DNA of 64,000 bases from Candidatus Nanopelagicales bacterium. Its GTDB lineage: Bacteria; Actinomycetota; Actinomycetes; S36-B12; JBBRLC01. Position numbers and translations under genes: made by a program. The stretch lies in assembly GCA_038244765.1 (NCBI GenBank), contig JBBRTC010000001.1:629-64628 (forward strand). Direction: 5' to 3'. Under the pieces are notes generated by a model that did not search any database, was not told the origin of the DNA, and saw only the letters and a program-made list of their open reading frames with translations. Shown in pieces: positions 9,770 to 19,665 of this stretch (position 1 is the first letter of the stretch; each line of letters opens with the position of its first letter).

Positions 9770-11358
9770 GCGCGAGCGTAACCGGCACGACGCCGCTGCT
9801 GCGTACTTCTCTCAAACACGATGGCCGTCTCATTGCGCCGTGGATCGTATTGGCGACGGCCCTTTCCGCTTCCTCGGTATTGGTTTATCCAAGTGTCTTT
9901 CCCACCGCGCAGGATCGGGCCGGCCTGGCTGCGGCCATCGGCGCGAATCCGGCGCTCGGTCTGATTTTTGGACCCGCCTCCAACTTGACGACCGTTGACG
10001 GCTTCAATGCCTGGCGCAGCCTCGCGCTCGGCGGCTTTCTGGCTGCGCTGATGTCGATCTTCACCGTGACCCGCGCGACCCGCGGACAAGAGGATTCCGG
10101 CCAGGCCGAGTTGCTCGCCTCGGGAGTCCTCGGCCGATCGAGCCGCCTGCTGACCGCCGTCGCCATGGGCGTCATCGGCTCCCTCGTACTCGGCATCGTC
10201 GCCGGGTTCGTCACTGTCGTGTTCGGGGGCGGTGCGGAGTCGTCGCTTCTGCTCGGGGCGACATTTACCGCCACCGGTTGGATGTTCGCTGCCTTCGCGG
10301 CTGTCACTGTGCAACTCGGCTCCGACGCACGTACTGCCAACTCGATGGCGATCGGCCTGCTCGGGGTGCTATTCCTGCTGCGCGGATTCTTGTACTCAAT
10401 CGGAGCACCGGCTTGGACCTCGTGGGCCAACCCATTGGGTTGGATGACCGAGACCAGGCCAGCGTCCGGGAACCATTGGGGGCCGCTCCTACCCGCGGTC
10501 GCACTCGCCGGGATCGTCCTCGCCATCGCGTTCAAGTCGCAGGCTCACCGCGACTTCGGCCAGGGGGCGATCGCGCCCGGACCTGGCCCGGCGCGCGGCG
10601 GCAACCCCAGTCCGTTACGGCTCGCCCTCCGGTTGAACCGCGGGTCGTTCACAACGTGGACCGTGGCATTCGTCGCTCTCGGCCTCGTTTTCGGATACTT
10701 CACGACGTCGGTAACCACGATCCTCGGGGCGAACAGTGGCGTCGCTCATTTCCTCGCTTCCGGTGCGGTTACGCCAGCGCAGTTAACTGGCGCATTTCTC
10801 GTCACCGTGCTCGCCTTGGTCGGGATCGTGGCCTCGATCTCGGGCGTCCAAGTGATGCTCAAGGTTCGCTCGGAGGAGATGGAGGATCGCGTTGAACCGG
10901 TCCTCGCCACCGCCATTAGCCGTAGACGGTATTACGCGAGCAACGTCGTCGTCGCTCTTGGCAGCCCCGCGATCTATGTACTCCTCGCCGGCACCCTCAT
11001 CGCGCTAATTGCGTCGCATGCCGACCTCGGCGTCAGCTTCGGCGGGGTGCTGCGACAAGTGCTGGCCACTGTGCCAGCTGTCTGGACCGTCGTCGCTATG
11101 TCGGTGACCGTGATCGGTGCCCGCCCACATTTCCGACTTGTCGCATGGATTGGTGTCCTAGCGTCCTTTGTCCTCACCCTGCTTGGCCCAACCTTCGGCC
11201 TGCCCAATTGGATCCTTGGGATCAGCCCTTACTGGCATGTGCCGAACACGACGGCACCCGTTCACGCCAACACAGGCCTGCTGTGGATCTCGTTCGTGAC
11301 AGCGCTGTTCCTCGTCGTCGGCTTTGCCGGCTTCGGTCGCCGCGACGTGGCGCGGTAA
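9766..11358 (+). CDS. ABC-2 type exporter permease (about 12 TM)
   Basis: GTGA overlap with the upstream ATPase gene. Long, highly hydrophobic protein. Confidence 0.75.
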   Translation: MSASVTGTTPLLRTSLKHDGRLIAPWIVLATALSASSVLVYPSVFPTAQDRAGLAAAIGANPALGLIFGPASNLTTVDGFNAWRSLALGGFLAALMSIFTVTRATRGQEDSGQAELLASGVLGRSSRLLTAVAMGVIGSLVLGIVAGFVTVVFGGGAESSLLLGATFTATGWMFAAFAAVTVQLGSDARTANSMAIGLLGVLFLLRGFLYSIGAPAWTSWANPLGWMTETRPASGNHWGPLLPAVALAGIVLAIAFKSQAHRDFGQGAIAPGPGPARGGNPSPLRLALRLNRGSFTTWTVAFVALGLVFGYFTTSVTTILGANSGVAHFLASGAVTPAQLTGAFLVTVLALVGIVASISGVQVMLKVRSEEMEDRVEPVLATAISRRRYYASNVVVALGSPAIYVLLAGTLIALIASHADLGVSFGGVLRQVLATVPAVWTVVAMSVTVIGARPHFRLVAWIGVLASFVLTLLGPTFGLPNWILGISPYWHVPNTTAPVHANTGLLWISFVTALFLVVGFAGFGRRDVAR

Positions 11359-11414
11359 ACAACCCAACCGGTCCACTCAGGCTTGGTGGAGCCGAGTGTC
11401 GTTGAAAGTTCACG

Positions 11415-11779
11415 TAGTGGAGGTGGGGGGAATCGAACCCCCGTCCTATGGAGCAAATCAGGGACTTCTCCGGGCGCAGTCTGCTGTGGTTTTCTCAGCC
11501 CCGACAGTCACGCAGACAAGCTGTCGCCGGGCTCAGTCACTGTTTGGTGTTCCTCAGGACTCCGTGACCGGGTCCGTCGGTGAGTCCCTTAGTTGACGCC
11601 AGAAACCGGAGCAGGGACGCCCCCGGACTGACGGATTTCGAGGCTCGCTTATGCAGCGAGGGCGAAATCAGTGCGCTGTGTATTGGCACTTATATTTTTG
11701 CTGGGTCGTTCACGAGATGACCAGCATCCTCGGCCCGCTTCTCCCGTCTCGACATCCACAGTCGAAACCGTTCACCCCC
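11415..11779 (-). ncRNA. ssrA: tmRNA (SsrA)
   Basis: Minus strand runs 5' GGGGGUGAACGGUUUCGAC ... GGGGGUUCGAUUCCCCCCACCUCCA 3'. The acceptor stem has a G3:U pair and there is a T-arm. The internal tag ORF at 11649-11687 is GCC AAU ACA CAG CGC ACU GAU UUC GCC CUC GCU GCA UAA, giving ANTQRTDFALAA*. It lies immediately downstream of smpB. Confidence 0.9.
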
Positions 11780-11869
11780 CTGTTCAGTTGTAGGGACAGG
11801 GTAACGGGCCGGACCGACATTTGACGAGTCAATACCGCCGCGCCGACGCTGTAGGCGGCGTGAGCCGAA

Positions 11870-12346
11870 CTAGTCGTCCATCCCTTTGGCCCGCCGACCC
11901 ACGACCCGGCGCGTCTCCCGCTCAGCATCGCGCGCGGCCAGGGCCTGCCGTTTGTCGTAGTTCTTCTTGCCCTTGCCCAGACCGATCTCGACCTTCGCGT
12001 TACCGTCGGAGAAGTACATCGACATGGGCACGAGAGTCAGTCCGCTCTCGCGCGTCTTGGAGACTAACCGCGCGATTTCCTCTCGATGTAGCAACAACTT
12101 GCGGGGCCGACGAGGCTCGTGATTCGTCCACGTCCCTTGGGTGTATTCGGGAATGTGTACGCCCATCAACCATGCTTCGCCGTCGCGTATGACGGCGTAC
12201 CCGTCAACGAGAGACGCACGCCCGGCGCGCAACGACTTCACTTCCGTACCGACGAGGACAAGACCAGCTTCGTACGTCGCTTCAATGTGATAGTCGTGCC
12301 GCGCTTTCTTGTTTTGGGCAACGAGTTTGCGCCCACGCTCTTTCAC
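11870..12346 (-). CDS. smpB: SsrA-binding protein SmpB
   Basis: [16 protein letters not shown]...GTEVKSLR...[12 protein letters not shown] start at 12346 is preceded by AAGGAG. Confidence 0.95.
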   Translation of the reverse strand: MKERGRKLVAQNKKARHDYHIEATYEAGLVLVGTEVKSLRAGRASLVDGYAVIRDGEAWLMGVHIPEYTQGTWTNHEPRRPRKLLLHREEIARLVSKTRESGLTLVPMSMYFSDGNAKVEIGLGKGKKNYDKRQALAARDAERETRRVVGRRAKGMDD

Positions 12347-12383
12347 GATGACTCCTTGCTCATGCGGCCGGATCCCCACCGAA

Positions 12384-13703
12384 TCAGGCGCAGGACACCT
12401 TGACCTTGCGGCCGCCGTACCAACCCAGCGGATCGAACGGCACACCATTGACGTGAATCTCGAAGTGCAGATGCGGACCGGTTACCCACCCCGAAGACCC
12501 GACCTCACCAATGATCTCGCCCTTGGCCACGCGCTCGCCGACTTGGACGCTGACGTGTGATTGGTGGGCGTACATCGTGACAAGTCCGTTGCCGTGGCTG
12601 ATAAACGTGTGCAGACCATACGGGCCACCGGACTGAATGGCGATGACGATTCCTGGCTGCGGGGAGTGAATGGACGTCCCGTACCAGCCGCGAATGTCGA
12701 TGCCGGTATGGCAGGAGCGATAGCCGTACACGGGATGGATACGAGGCCCAACAAACGCCGAAATCCCCGCGCCGGGGATGGGCCAGAACCAATCACCCGA
12801 TGGCGGCGGTCCGTCCCAACCACCGGGACTTTGCGACGCTGCCCGCGCGCGATCCTGCTCAGCTTTGAGCGCCTTGTACTCCGCGAGAACGCGTGCCTTT
12901 TCCCGCTTCGCCACACCCAGCGCGTTCCCGCGGACTCGGACGAGCGCATCGACATGGGCCTTCGCCGCAGTTGCCGTCGCCTGCAACTCCCGCGCTGCCA
13001 TAAATCGTTGTGCGATCTCGTTGCGTCGCGCGAGCACTTGGGCCTGTAGCGCGTCGGCTTGCGCGCTCTTGAGAGCGAAGTCGGCTTTCGCGGCAATGAG
13101 GTCGGCGAAAGTACGAATGTTCGACTTTGAGGCGCTATCAACGGCATGGATGCTGGCCGCAAAGTCGGTGGGATCTTGCGCCTCCAAGATAACCGCGAGG
13201 TTGGCGAGCGGTCCTTCCATATAGAGCTGACTGGCAAAACGGTCGACTCGAGCGTGCATCAGATCGATACGTGCTTGGGCGGCGTCGAGTTGCTGTTGTG
13301 ACCTCAACGACGCTGTCGTTGCACGTTCAAGTTCGGCCTCGACGATGCGATCTTGTTCCTGCGCCTTCCGGTACGCCTGCAGCGCACTCGCCGCCGCGGC
13401 CTCAGCCGCTGGGAGAGCCGCGGTGGCATCGCGCAACTGAGCGGCTGCACGCGCTACGGATTTGTTGGCGGCAGCAACATCGTCGCTCGCGTTGTTGACT
13501 TGCTTGTTGATGTCATCGCGCGCAACTGCCGGCGTCGGCAACGTCGCAACGCTCAGAGCAGCCACAATCGCGAGAAGCAGCGCAAGAGTCGAACCGCGCA
13601 CGGTCGGTGGGCGCGCGGAAACGCAGTCACCAGAAGTCGAGTGCGCAGAAGTGCCGCGTACGTGGGGAAGGGGGCGCACGCGTGCTCCTCTCGTGAGCGC
13701 CAC
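12384..13703 (-). CDS. M23-family peptidoglycan endopeptidase with an N-terminal coiled coil (EnvC/RipC-like partner of FtsEX)
   Basis: C-terminal HTGIDI...[11 protein letters not shown]23 metal-binding motifs. Long Ala/Gln-rich coiled coil and a signal/TM segment. Sits downstream of ftsEX. Confidence 0.85.
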   Translation of the reverse strand: MALTRGARVRPLPHVRGTSAHSTSGDCVSARPPTVRGSTLALLLAIVAALSVATLPTPAVARDDINKQVNNASDDVAAANKSVARAAAQLRDATAALPAAEAAAASALQAYRKAQEQDRIVEAELERATTASLRSQQQLDAAQARIDLMHARVDRFASQLYMEGPLANLAVILEAQDPTDFAASIHAVDSASKSNIRTFADLIAAKADFALKSAQADALQAQVLARRNEIAQRFMAARELQATATAAKAHVDALVRVRGNALGVAKREKARVLAEYKALKAEQDRARAASQSPGGWDGPPPSGDWFWPIPGAGISAFVGPRIHPVYGYRSCHTGIDIRGWYGTSIHSPQPGIVIAIQSGGPYGLHTFISHGNGLVTMYAHQSHVSVQVGERVAKGEIIGEVGSSGWVTGPHLHFEIHVNGVPFDPLGWYGGRKVKVSCA

Positions 13704-13802
13704 GGATCGTACGGACCTATGAGGCTACCCCGGGAGGGCATGCGACCTCGGGACCAACGCAGACTCGAGTCGCGGAACCACCGCCCCAGCACGCCTAAGC
13801 AG

Positions 13803-14711
13803 TTAGACCTTCAAGTATCGGAGCAAGGTGAAGAAGGCCGAGATCACGCTCAGTCCGATCCCCACCACGAACAAGACGGGGATGATCACCCACACCGACT
13901 CCCAGCCAATAAAGGGAGTGAACTTAAAAGTACTCGTCAATTTGTCATCAATAACAAAGTGTTTAAAGAGAATGAGTGACAACGAGGCGAGAACGCAGCC
14001 CAGCGCCGCAGCAATGGCGGCCTCCAATAAGAACGGTAACTGGATATAGAAGTTGCTCGCACCGACGAGTCGCATGACACCGGTCTCGCGTTTTCGACTC
14101 GCGGCTGCTAGTTGCATGGCGTTGGCGACCAACAGAAGTGTGACCAGGAGCATCACGCCAGCGACCACGAAGGCCAGGGCCTTCGCGCCGCCAAGAACGT
14201 CGAAGAGATTTTGTAAAAGCGCGCGTTCGTCTTGGACTTGGTCGACGCCGGGTCTGCCTTGGAAGGCGGAGGCGATCACCGCGAACTTGGTTGGGTCCGA
14301 GAGTTTGATTCGGAACGACTCCGGCAAGGCATCGGCGGTTACCGTGTCCAGAATCGGTGAGTTCTTATAGCGGTCCTTGAAGCGTTGAAAGGCTTCCTGA
14401 GACGACTCGTAGAAGATGTCTTCCACCAAGGGCTTCAGCGAGTTCAAGTCGGTACGGATTTGCTCACGTTGCGCAGGCGTCACCTGACCGCCCTTGCACG
14501 AAGGCGTGTCAGAAGTCTTGTTGCACAGGAAGACGGACACTTCGACGCGGTCGTACCAGAAGTCTTTCATTGTGTTGACCTGAGAAACCATCAGAAGGCC
14601 CCCACCGAACAGGCCCAGCGACACGGCGACCGTCAGCGTCACGGCGATGGACATGCCGAGGTTGCGAAGGAGGCCAATCTTGACCTCGCTGGCTACAAAC
14701 CGTGCCCGCAT
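13803..14711 (-). CDS. ftsX: cell division permease-like protein FtsX
   Basis: Four-TM FtsX layout with an extracellular domain. Immediately follows ftsE. Confidence 0.9.
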   Translation of the reverse strand: MRARFVASEVKIGLLRNLGMSIAVTLTVAVSLGLFGGGLLMVSQVNTMKDFWYDRVEVSVFLCNKTSDTPSCKGGQVTPAQREQIRTDLNSLKPLVEDIFYESSQEAFQRFKDRYKNSPILDTVTADALPESFRIKLSDPTKFAVIASAFQGRPGVDQVQDERALLQNLFDVLGGAKALAFVVAGVMLLVTLLLVANAMQLAAASRKRETGVMRLVGASNFYIQLPFLLEAAIAAALGCVLASLSLILFKHFVIDDKLTSTFKFTPFIGWESVWVIIPVLFVVGIGLSVISAFFTLLRYLKV

Positions 14712-14780
14712 GCTGGGGGGTTTCCTTCTGGTCGGGTGGCGTGGATTGCGTGGACGAGGTCGTGACTCTCGCTACGGGAA

Positions 14781-15470
14781 TTAGCGCGAATAGCCGTACA
14801 CGCCGCGCGATTGGTCTCGCACGAGATGTCCGCCATCGAGCTCGACCACCCGTTTGCGCATCTGGTCGACGATGGCCGCGTCATGGGTGGCCATGACGAC
14901 GGTGGTGCCCGTGCGGTTGATGCGGTCGAGAAGTTTCATGATGCCGACGCTCGTGTTGGGGTCGAGGTTTCCCGTCGGCTCATCCGCAATCAAGATCATC
15001 GGGCGATTGACGAAGGCTCGAGCTACGGCCACACGCTGCTGCTCGCCACCGGAGAGCTCACTGGGCATGCGTTGCTCTTTGCCGGCCAGCCCGACCAGGT
15101 CCAGGACCTCGGGCACGGTCTTGGCGATGTGGTTGTCGGACTTGCCGAGCACTTCAAGGGCGAAAGCCACGTTCTGAAAGACGGTCTTGTTGGGGAGCAG
15201 ACGGAAGTCCTGGAAAACGGTGCCGATTTGGCGCCTCAGCGTGGGGACTCGCCAGCGGGACAGCGTGTTGAGGTTCTTGCCCGCGACATTGACGGTGCCC
15301 TTTGTGGGCCGCTCTTCCTTGAGGCAAAGCCGCAGAAATGTCGACTTACCGGAGCCGGAGGTGCCGACCAGGAAGACGAACTCGCCCTTCTCGATCTCAA
15401 CAGAAACGTCGTCGAGAGCGGGGCGGGTCTGGTTCGGGTACAACTTGCTCACACCGTCGAAGCGGATCAC
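14781..15470 (-). CDS. ftsE: cell division ATP-binding protein FtsE
   Basis: [11 protein letters not shown]..., Walker [10 protein letters not shown], signature LSGGEQQR, Walker [13 protein letters not shown]. Confidence 0.95.
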   Translation of the reverse strand: MIRFDGVSKLYPNQTRPALDDVSVEIEKGEFVFLVGTSGSGKSTFLRLCLKEERPTKGTVNVAGKNLNTLSRWRVPTLRRQIGTVFQDFRLLPNKTVFQNVAFALEVLGKSDNHIAKTVPEVLDLVGLAGKEQRMPSELSGGEQQRVAVARAFVNRPMILIADEPTGNLDPNTSVGIMKLLDRINRTGTTVVMATHDAAIVDQMRKRVVELDGGHLVRDQSRGVYGYSR

Positions 15471-15721
15471 GAGGGGGAACTCCGAAGATTGGGAAGGCGG
15501 ACTCGGCGAGTGTACGTGCCGAATCTGGGTGAAACGCCCTGCGACTCCTTTACCAATTCTTTACTAAAGTCCCCCTGTCAATCGCTTTAGGAACGCGAGG
15601 TTCTGGCCGATAGCAGGAACGAGGCAAGGAACGTGCCCACGGTTGGGGATTCCCCGCCCGCACCCGCTGCGGGACCCACGTCGCATCCGCGACACGACCT
15701 CGGGCGGCACCGGTCTCTCGC

Positions 15722-15833
15722 AACATGCGCCTCCCTCCCCCTTTGGCGCACCTCCAGGTAGTGGCCCCGAGATCCCCCTCTCGGGGCTTCCTGGCGTCTA
15801 GGACCTCTCCCTCACCAGGAAACGAGGGGTTTA
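15722..15833 (+). ncRNA. candidate 6C-type small RNA (two hairpins with C-rich loops plus a terminal hairpin)
   Basis: Hairpin 1: stem 15726-15731/15745-15750, loop UCCCUCCCCCUUU. Hairpin 2: 9-10 bp stem 15763-15772/15779-15788, loop UCCCCC. A third hairpin CCCUC-N10-GAGGG is followed by GUUU at 15809-15833. All lie in the 360-nt ftsE-prfB gap. Ends are approximate. Confidence 0.45.
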
Positions 15834-16937
15834 CGACTGCTGTTGGCGTCGCCAGCGGATGCCGCTCTCAATGAAGTCGTCGATCTCGCCGTCGAGTACG
15901 GCCGTGGTGTTGCCGGTCTCATATTCGGTGCGCAGGTCCTTGACCATCTGGTACGGATGCAGGACGTAGGACCTCATCTGGTTGCCCCACGAGCCGGAGT
16001 TGTCGCCCTTGAGGGCATCCATCTTTTCACGATCTTCCTGACGCTTGCGTTCCAACAACTTCGCCTGCAGCACGGCCATCGCGGTTGCCTTGTTCTGCAG
16101 CTGTGAGCGTTCGTTTTGGCAGGACACGACGATCCCAGTCGGAATGTGAGTGAGGCGTACGGCGGAGTCAGTCGTGTTGACGCCTTGGCCGCCAGGTCCG
16201 CTCGATCGATAGACGTCGACTCGCAAATCGTCCTCGGGGATCTCGATTGAGTCGGTCTGCTCGACAACCGGGATCACTTCGACACCGGCGAACGATGTCT
16301 GACGTCGACCCTGATTGTCGAAGGGGGAGATACGTACGAGCCGATGGGTGCCTTGCTCAATCGACAGAGTTCCATACGCGTACGGCGCCTTGACTGCGAA
16401 CGTGGCCGACTTGATCCCGGCCTCCTCTGCCCACGACGTTTCGTAGACCTCAAACTTCCAGTTATGACGCTCGCAGTATCGCGTGTACATGCGGAGGAGC
16501 ATCTCGGCCCAGTCCGCGGCATCCACCCCGCCTGCCTCCGAGCGAATGGTCATGAGGGCTTCGCGAGCGTCGTACTCGCCCGACAACAGCGTTCGGACTT
16601 CGAGTTCGCCGATCGACTTGGTCATCGCTTCGAGCTCTCGCTCAGCCTCGGCGGTGCTGTCCGCGTCGCCTTCGGCCTCAGCCAGTTCAAAAAGAACGCC
16701 GAGGTCGTCGAGACGAGATCGCAGTGTGCGTACTCGCGCGGATTCAGACTGAAGAAACGACAATCGCGACGTGATTGTTTGCGCTTTTGCCTGGTCGTCC
16801 CACAAGTCGGGCGCCGATGCTTGCACCTCAAGGTCGGCGATGTCGCGCTCCATTTGAGGTACGTCGAGCACCGTTTCCACACTGCTCAGGGTGGAATCCA
16901 GGGCCTTGAGGGCTTCTGAGTATTCGATCGTCGACAC
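15831..16937 (-). CDS. prfB: peptide chain release factor 2
   Basis: SPF ([15 protein letters not shown]) and GGQ ([12 protein letters not shown]) motifs. One continuous frame with no internal frameshift site. GTG start at 16937 ([11 protein letters not shown]). Confidence 0.95.
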   Translation of the reverse strand: MSTIEYSEALKALDSTLSSVETVLDVPQMERDIADLEVQASAPDLWDDQAKAQTITSRLSFLQSESARVRTLRSRLDDLGVLFELAEAEGDADSTAEAERELEAMTKSIGELEVRTLLSGEYDAREALMTIRSEAGGVDAADWAEMLLRMYTRYCERHNWKFEVYETSWAEEAGIKSATFAVKAPYAYGTLSIEQGTHRLVRISPFDNQGRRQTSFAGVEVIPVVEQTDSIEIPEDDLRVDVYRSSGPGGQGVNTTDSAVRLTHIPTGIVVSCQNERSQLQNKATAMAVLQAKLLERKRQEDREKMDALKGDNSGSWGNQMRSYVLHPYQMVKDLRTEYETGNTTAVLDGEIDDFIESGIRWRRQQQS

Positions 16938-16985
16938 GAGTCGCAGGGTAGTGGGCAAGCCGAGCTCGAGTCGGGCGTGGGCGCG
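16800..16985. repeat. copy A of a diverged direct repeat (functional prfB 5' end plus upstream region)
   Basis: Aligns by eye with 19478-19665. A 32-nt perfect core, 16831-16862, equals 19509-19540. The flanks are about 80% identical. Confidence 0.8.
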
Positions 16986-17214
16986 GATTGTCGTCGTGAC
17001 TTCGCACCTCGGGATTAGCAGGAATTGCCGCTGATGCAGGACTAGGCTCGGCGTCAACTTCCCCAGCAACTGACGCGATGGAGCGCTCGTCGAGGCTGCC
17101 AGCGACGACCACCCGGTTGCCCCTGGCTGTTGCGTTGGGTTCACCGCCTCCACGGCGTGGCCACCTCACCTGTGGAATCCCTGGAAACCCGGTCAGAATT
17201 CTGAGGAACGATTC

Positions 17215-19452
17215 GTGAAACATCGCAGACCCAAGCACCGTACGAGGCAATTGCTCTTGACAGGTGTCGTGATTGCGTCGGCCACGCTGGCATTGCAAAC
17301 CATCGCGCGGGGAGTCACGCCGGCCCCTTCTGGACCCAGCACAGTCAGCCCGATCAAGCACGTGTTCATCATCATGGAAGAGAACACGAGTTGGTCTTCG
17401 GTGAAGGGCCGGTCGGCGTATTCGTACGTGAACAAGACCCTCCTGCCGAACTACGCCCACACAGAGAACTACGTCACGCACAACCATCCGAGCCTGCCCA
17501 ACTACGTATCGCTCGAAGCCGGTGACAACCTCGGAATGACCACTGGTTCCTACCTTCCTTCGGACCACAGCCTTGCCACCACCAGCCACCTCACCACCCA
17601 ACTCAACGACGCCGGTATCTCGTGGAAGTACTACGCCGAGAATCTGCCCGGTGGCGGGACGACCTGCAACACCAGCGACCCTGGTACGCCGTACTCGCAG
17701 GACCACAATCCCTTCACCTACTTCGATGACGTAAAGAACAACGCGCCGTACTGCATTGCACACGAGCGCCCATTCTCAGAACTGCTGGCTAGTCCCAGCA
17801 CTATCCCGCAGTACTCCTTCATCGTCCCGAACGACTACAACCAGGGCGAGAAGTCGAACTCAACCTGCAAGGCGTGCCAGGCCGACGCGTTCCTCAAGAC
17901 GACGGTCCCGGCGATCCAGGCAACCCCCGCCTACGCCGACGGCGGCCTGATCTTGGTGCTGTGGGATGAGGCCGGGATCTCGGCTGACCCAGACATCACG
18001 CCGAGTGGCTTGATCGCGATCTCCCCCCTAGCCAAGCGGGGTTACGCAGGGAACGCCGTCTACAGCCACGGTTCAACGTTGCGCTCGGTCCAAGAGATTT
18101 TCGGCGTCGGACCTCTCCTTGGCTCAGCAGCAACGGCGACAGACCTCTCGGACTTGTTCACCGTGCCACTTGTCGACCCCGGCTCTGTCGTCCCCCCGGT
18201 TGCGTCGTTCACAGCGACAACGACCTACGGTCTGGCCCCTCTGTCGGTGAGCCTCACCGACACGTCCACGGGGACACCAACGTCGTGGGTGTGGGACTTC
18301 GGTGATGGGTCACCCACCGAGACCACCCAGAACCCCAACCACACTTTCACTACGTTGGGGGCCCACACCGTGACGTTGACCGCCAGCAATGCTGGCGGAC
18401 CCTCCAGCACCACCAGCACGATCACGGTGAACCCGGTCGTGACGACTGCGCCGGTGGCGTCGTTCACTGGCACGCCACTCATCGGTACGCCGCCCTTGAC
18501 AGTCAGTTTCACCGACACATCTACCGGGGTACCAACGTCGTGGGCCTGGGACTTCGGTGACGCCACCGGTTCGACGTTGCAGAACCCCAGTCATGCTTTT
18601 GCCGCTGCCGGGATCTACACGGTTACGTTGACCGCCAGCAACGCCAGCGGCCCATCAACACCGGTGGCGGCCACCATCACCGTCAATCCGGTGGTCGTAT
18701 CCGCACCGGTGGCGTCATTCACCGCGGCCACGACGACGGGCTCTGTGCCGTTGGCCGTGGCGTTCGCTGACACCTCGACCGGGGTACCCACGTCGTGGGT
18801 TTGGGATTTCGGCGATGGGACTAGCTCGACTTCGCAGAACCCCAGTCACACCTTTACCGCTCAAGGGACGTATACGGTCGCTATGACCGCTAGCAATAGT
18901 GGCGGCCCATCAACGCCTGTTACCACCACCATCACCGTCACCCCGGTGGTCGTGACAGCACCGTGGTCGCTGCGCATCAACACGGGCGGGGCGACCCTCG
19001 GGGGCAGTTGGACAGGTGACCTCTCGCCCACCTCGGCCTACGGCAACGCATTCGCTGCTAAAACGTGGACGGTAAGCGCTTCCTCGTCGATCACAACGAC
19101 TGACCCGAGCATCCCGGCCGGGACGCCTGCCTCGATCTTCCAGTCCGCTCGGTACGACGGAAGTGCTGGCGCGAACATGACCTATACCGTGCCAGTGCCT
19201 CAAACGGGGCAGTACGTCGTACGTCTTTACTTTGCCGAGTATTCCTTCACCGCCGTCGGGAAACGCAAGTTCAGCGTCGCCGTCAACGGCACGAACGTTC
19301 TCACAAACTTCGACATCTTCGCGGCAGCAGGCGGCAACGCGCGAGGCATCGCGCGAACCTTCACGGTCAGCGCAACTGGGTCGATCGTGATTGGCTTCAC
19401 GCGCGGCAACGAGAACCCTGTCATCCAGGGCATTGAAGTCGTCGAACAGTGA
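17215..19452 (+). CDS. secreted multidomain protein: phosphoesterase-family (acid phosphatase/PLC-like) domain + 3 PKD domains + C-terminal malectin-like carbohydrate-binding domain
   Basis: Signal peptide. IKHVFIIMEEN and HPSLPNYVSLEAG are phosphoesterase-like motifs. Three ~85-aa repeats carry WxWDFGDG...NPxHxF (PKD). The C-terminus LRINTGG...RYD...YVVRLYFAE...FSVAVNG...F is malectin-like. GTG start with GAGGAA upstream. Confidence 0.8.
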   Translation: MKHRRPKHRTRQLLLTGVVIASATLALQTIARGVTPAPSGPSTVSPIKHVFIIMEENTSWSSVKGRSAYSYVNKTLLPNYAHTENYVTHNHPSLPNYVSLEAGDNLGMTTGSYLPSDHSLATTSHLTTQLNDAGISWKYYAENLPGGGTTCNTSDPGTPYSQDHNPFTYFDDVKNNAPYCIAHERPFSELLASPSTIPQYSFIVPNDYNQGEKSNSTCKACQADAFLKTTVPAIQATPAYADGGLILVLWDEAGISADPDITPSGLIAISPLAKRGYAGNAVYSHGSTLRSVQEIFGVGPLLGSAATATDLSDLFTVPLVDPGSVVPPVASFTATTTYGLAPLSVSLTDTSTGTPTSWVWDFGDGSPTETTQNPNHTFTTLGAHTVTLTASNAGGPSSTTSTITVNPVVTTAPVASFTGTPLIGTPPLTVSFTDTSTGVPTSWAWDFGDATGSTLQNPSHAFAAAGIYTVTLTASNASGPSTPVAATITVNPVVVSAPVASFTAATTTGSVPLAVAFADTSTGVPTSWVWDFGDGTSSTSQNPSHTFTAQGTYTVAMTASNSGGPSTPVTTTITVTPVVVTAPWSLRINTGGATLGGSWTGDLSPTSAYGNAFAAKTWTVSASSSITTTDPSIPAGTPASIFQSARYDGSAGANMTYTVPVPQTGQYVVRLYFAEYSFTAVGKRKFSVAVNGTNVLTNFDIFAAAGGNARGIARTFTVSATGSIVIGFTRGNENPVIQGIEVVEQ
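18196..18960 (+). repeat. three tandem 255-bp coding repeats (PKD domains)
   Basis: Units start at 18196, 18451 and 18706, each opening with ccg-gt(t/g)-gcg-tc(g/a)-ttc (PVASF). Confidence 0.85.
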
Positions 19453-19477
19453 CGCACCGGCCACCCATGCGCTCGGA

Positions 19478-19615
19478 CGCAAGGTCGAGGGCTGACTTCT
19501 GCACCCTGAGGTCGGCGATGTCGCGCTCCATTTGAGGTACCTCCAGCATGGTTTCCCTCCGGCTCAGCGTGGAAACCAGGGCGTTGAGGGCTCCGGCGTA
19601 CTCGATCATCGACAC
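19478..19615 (-). pseudogene. prfB 5' fragment (duplicated remnant, about 45 codons of RF2 similarity)
   Basis: [45 protein letters not shown] compares with genuine RF2 [46 protein letters not shown]. There is no RF2 body downstream. Confidence 0.7.
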
Positions 19616-19665
19616 GAGTCACAGGGCAGTTGGCTAGTTGAGCGCGAGGCGGGCATGGGCCTCGG
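19478..19665. repeat. copy B of the diverged direct repeat (prfB-like fragment plus the true 3' end of the tadE-like gene)
   Basis: See copy A. The right end overlaps the last ~30 nt of CDS 19634-20146. Confidence 0.8.

Noticed and set aside
1-11418. Genomic island integrated at the ssrA 3' end.
   Set aside because: No integrase or recombinase, and I found no duplicated copy of the tmRNA 3' end. The region contains core genes such as pckG and whiB.
15551-15590. AT-rich stretch with a perfect TTGACA (minus strand, 15576-15581), considered as the ftsEX promoter.
   Set aside because: No acceptable -10 hexamer lies at 16-19 nt spacing, so it is not called as a feature.
15831-16937. Possible programmed +1 frameshift site in prfB.
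   Set aside because: RF2 reads through in a single frame from GTG 16937 with no early in-frame stop, as is usual in Actinomycetota.
16828-17763. 311-aa minus-strand ORF, along with many other long antisense or overlapping ORFs in the track (e.g. 2673-3416, 14811-15590, 24623-25516, 35485-36120, 60143-60898).
   Set aside because: They overlap strongly supported genes on the opposite strand or in other frames. Their products are Arg/Pro/Gly-rich low-complexity sequences typical of shadow ORFs in high-GC DNA, with no motifs.
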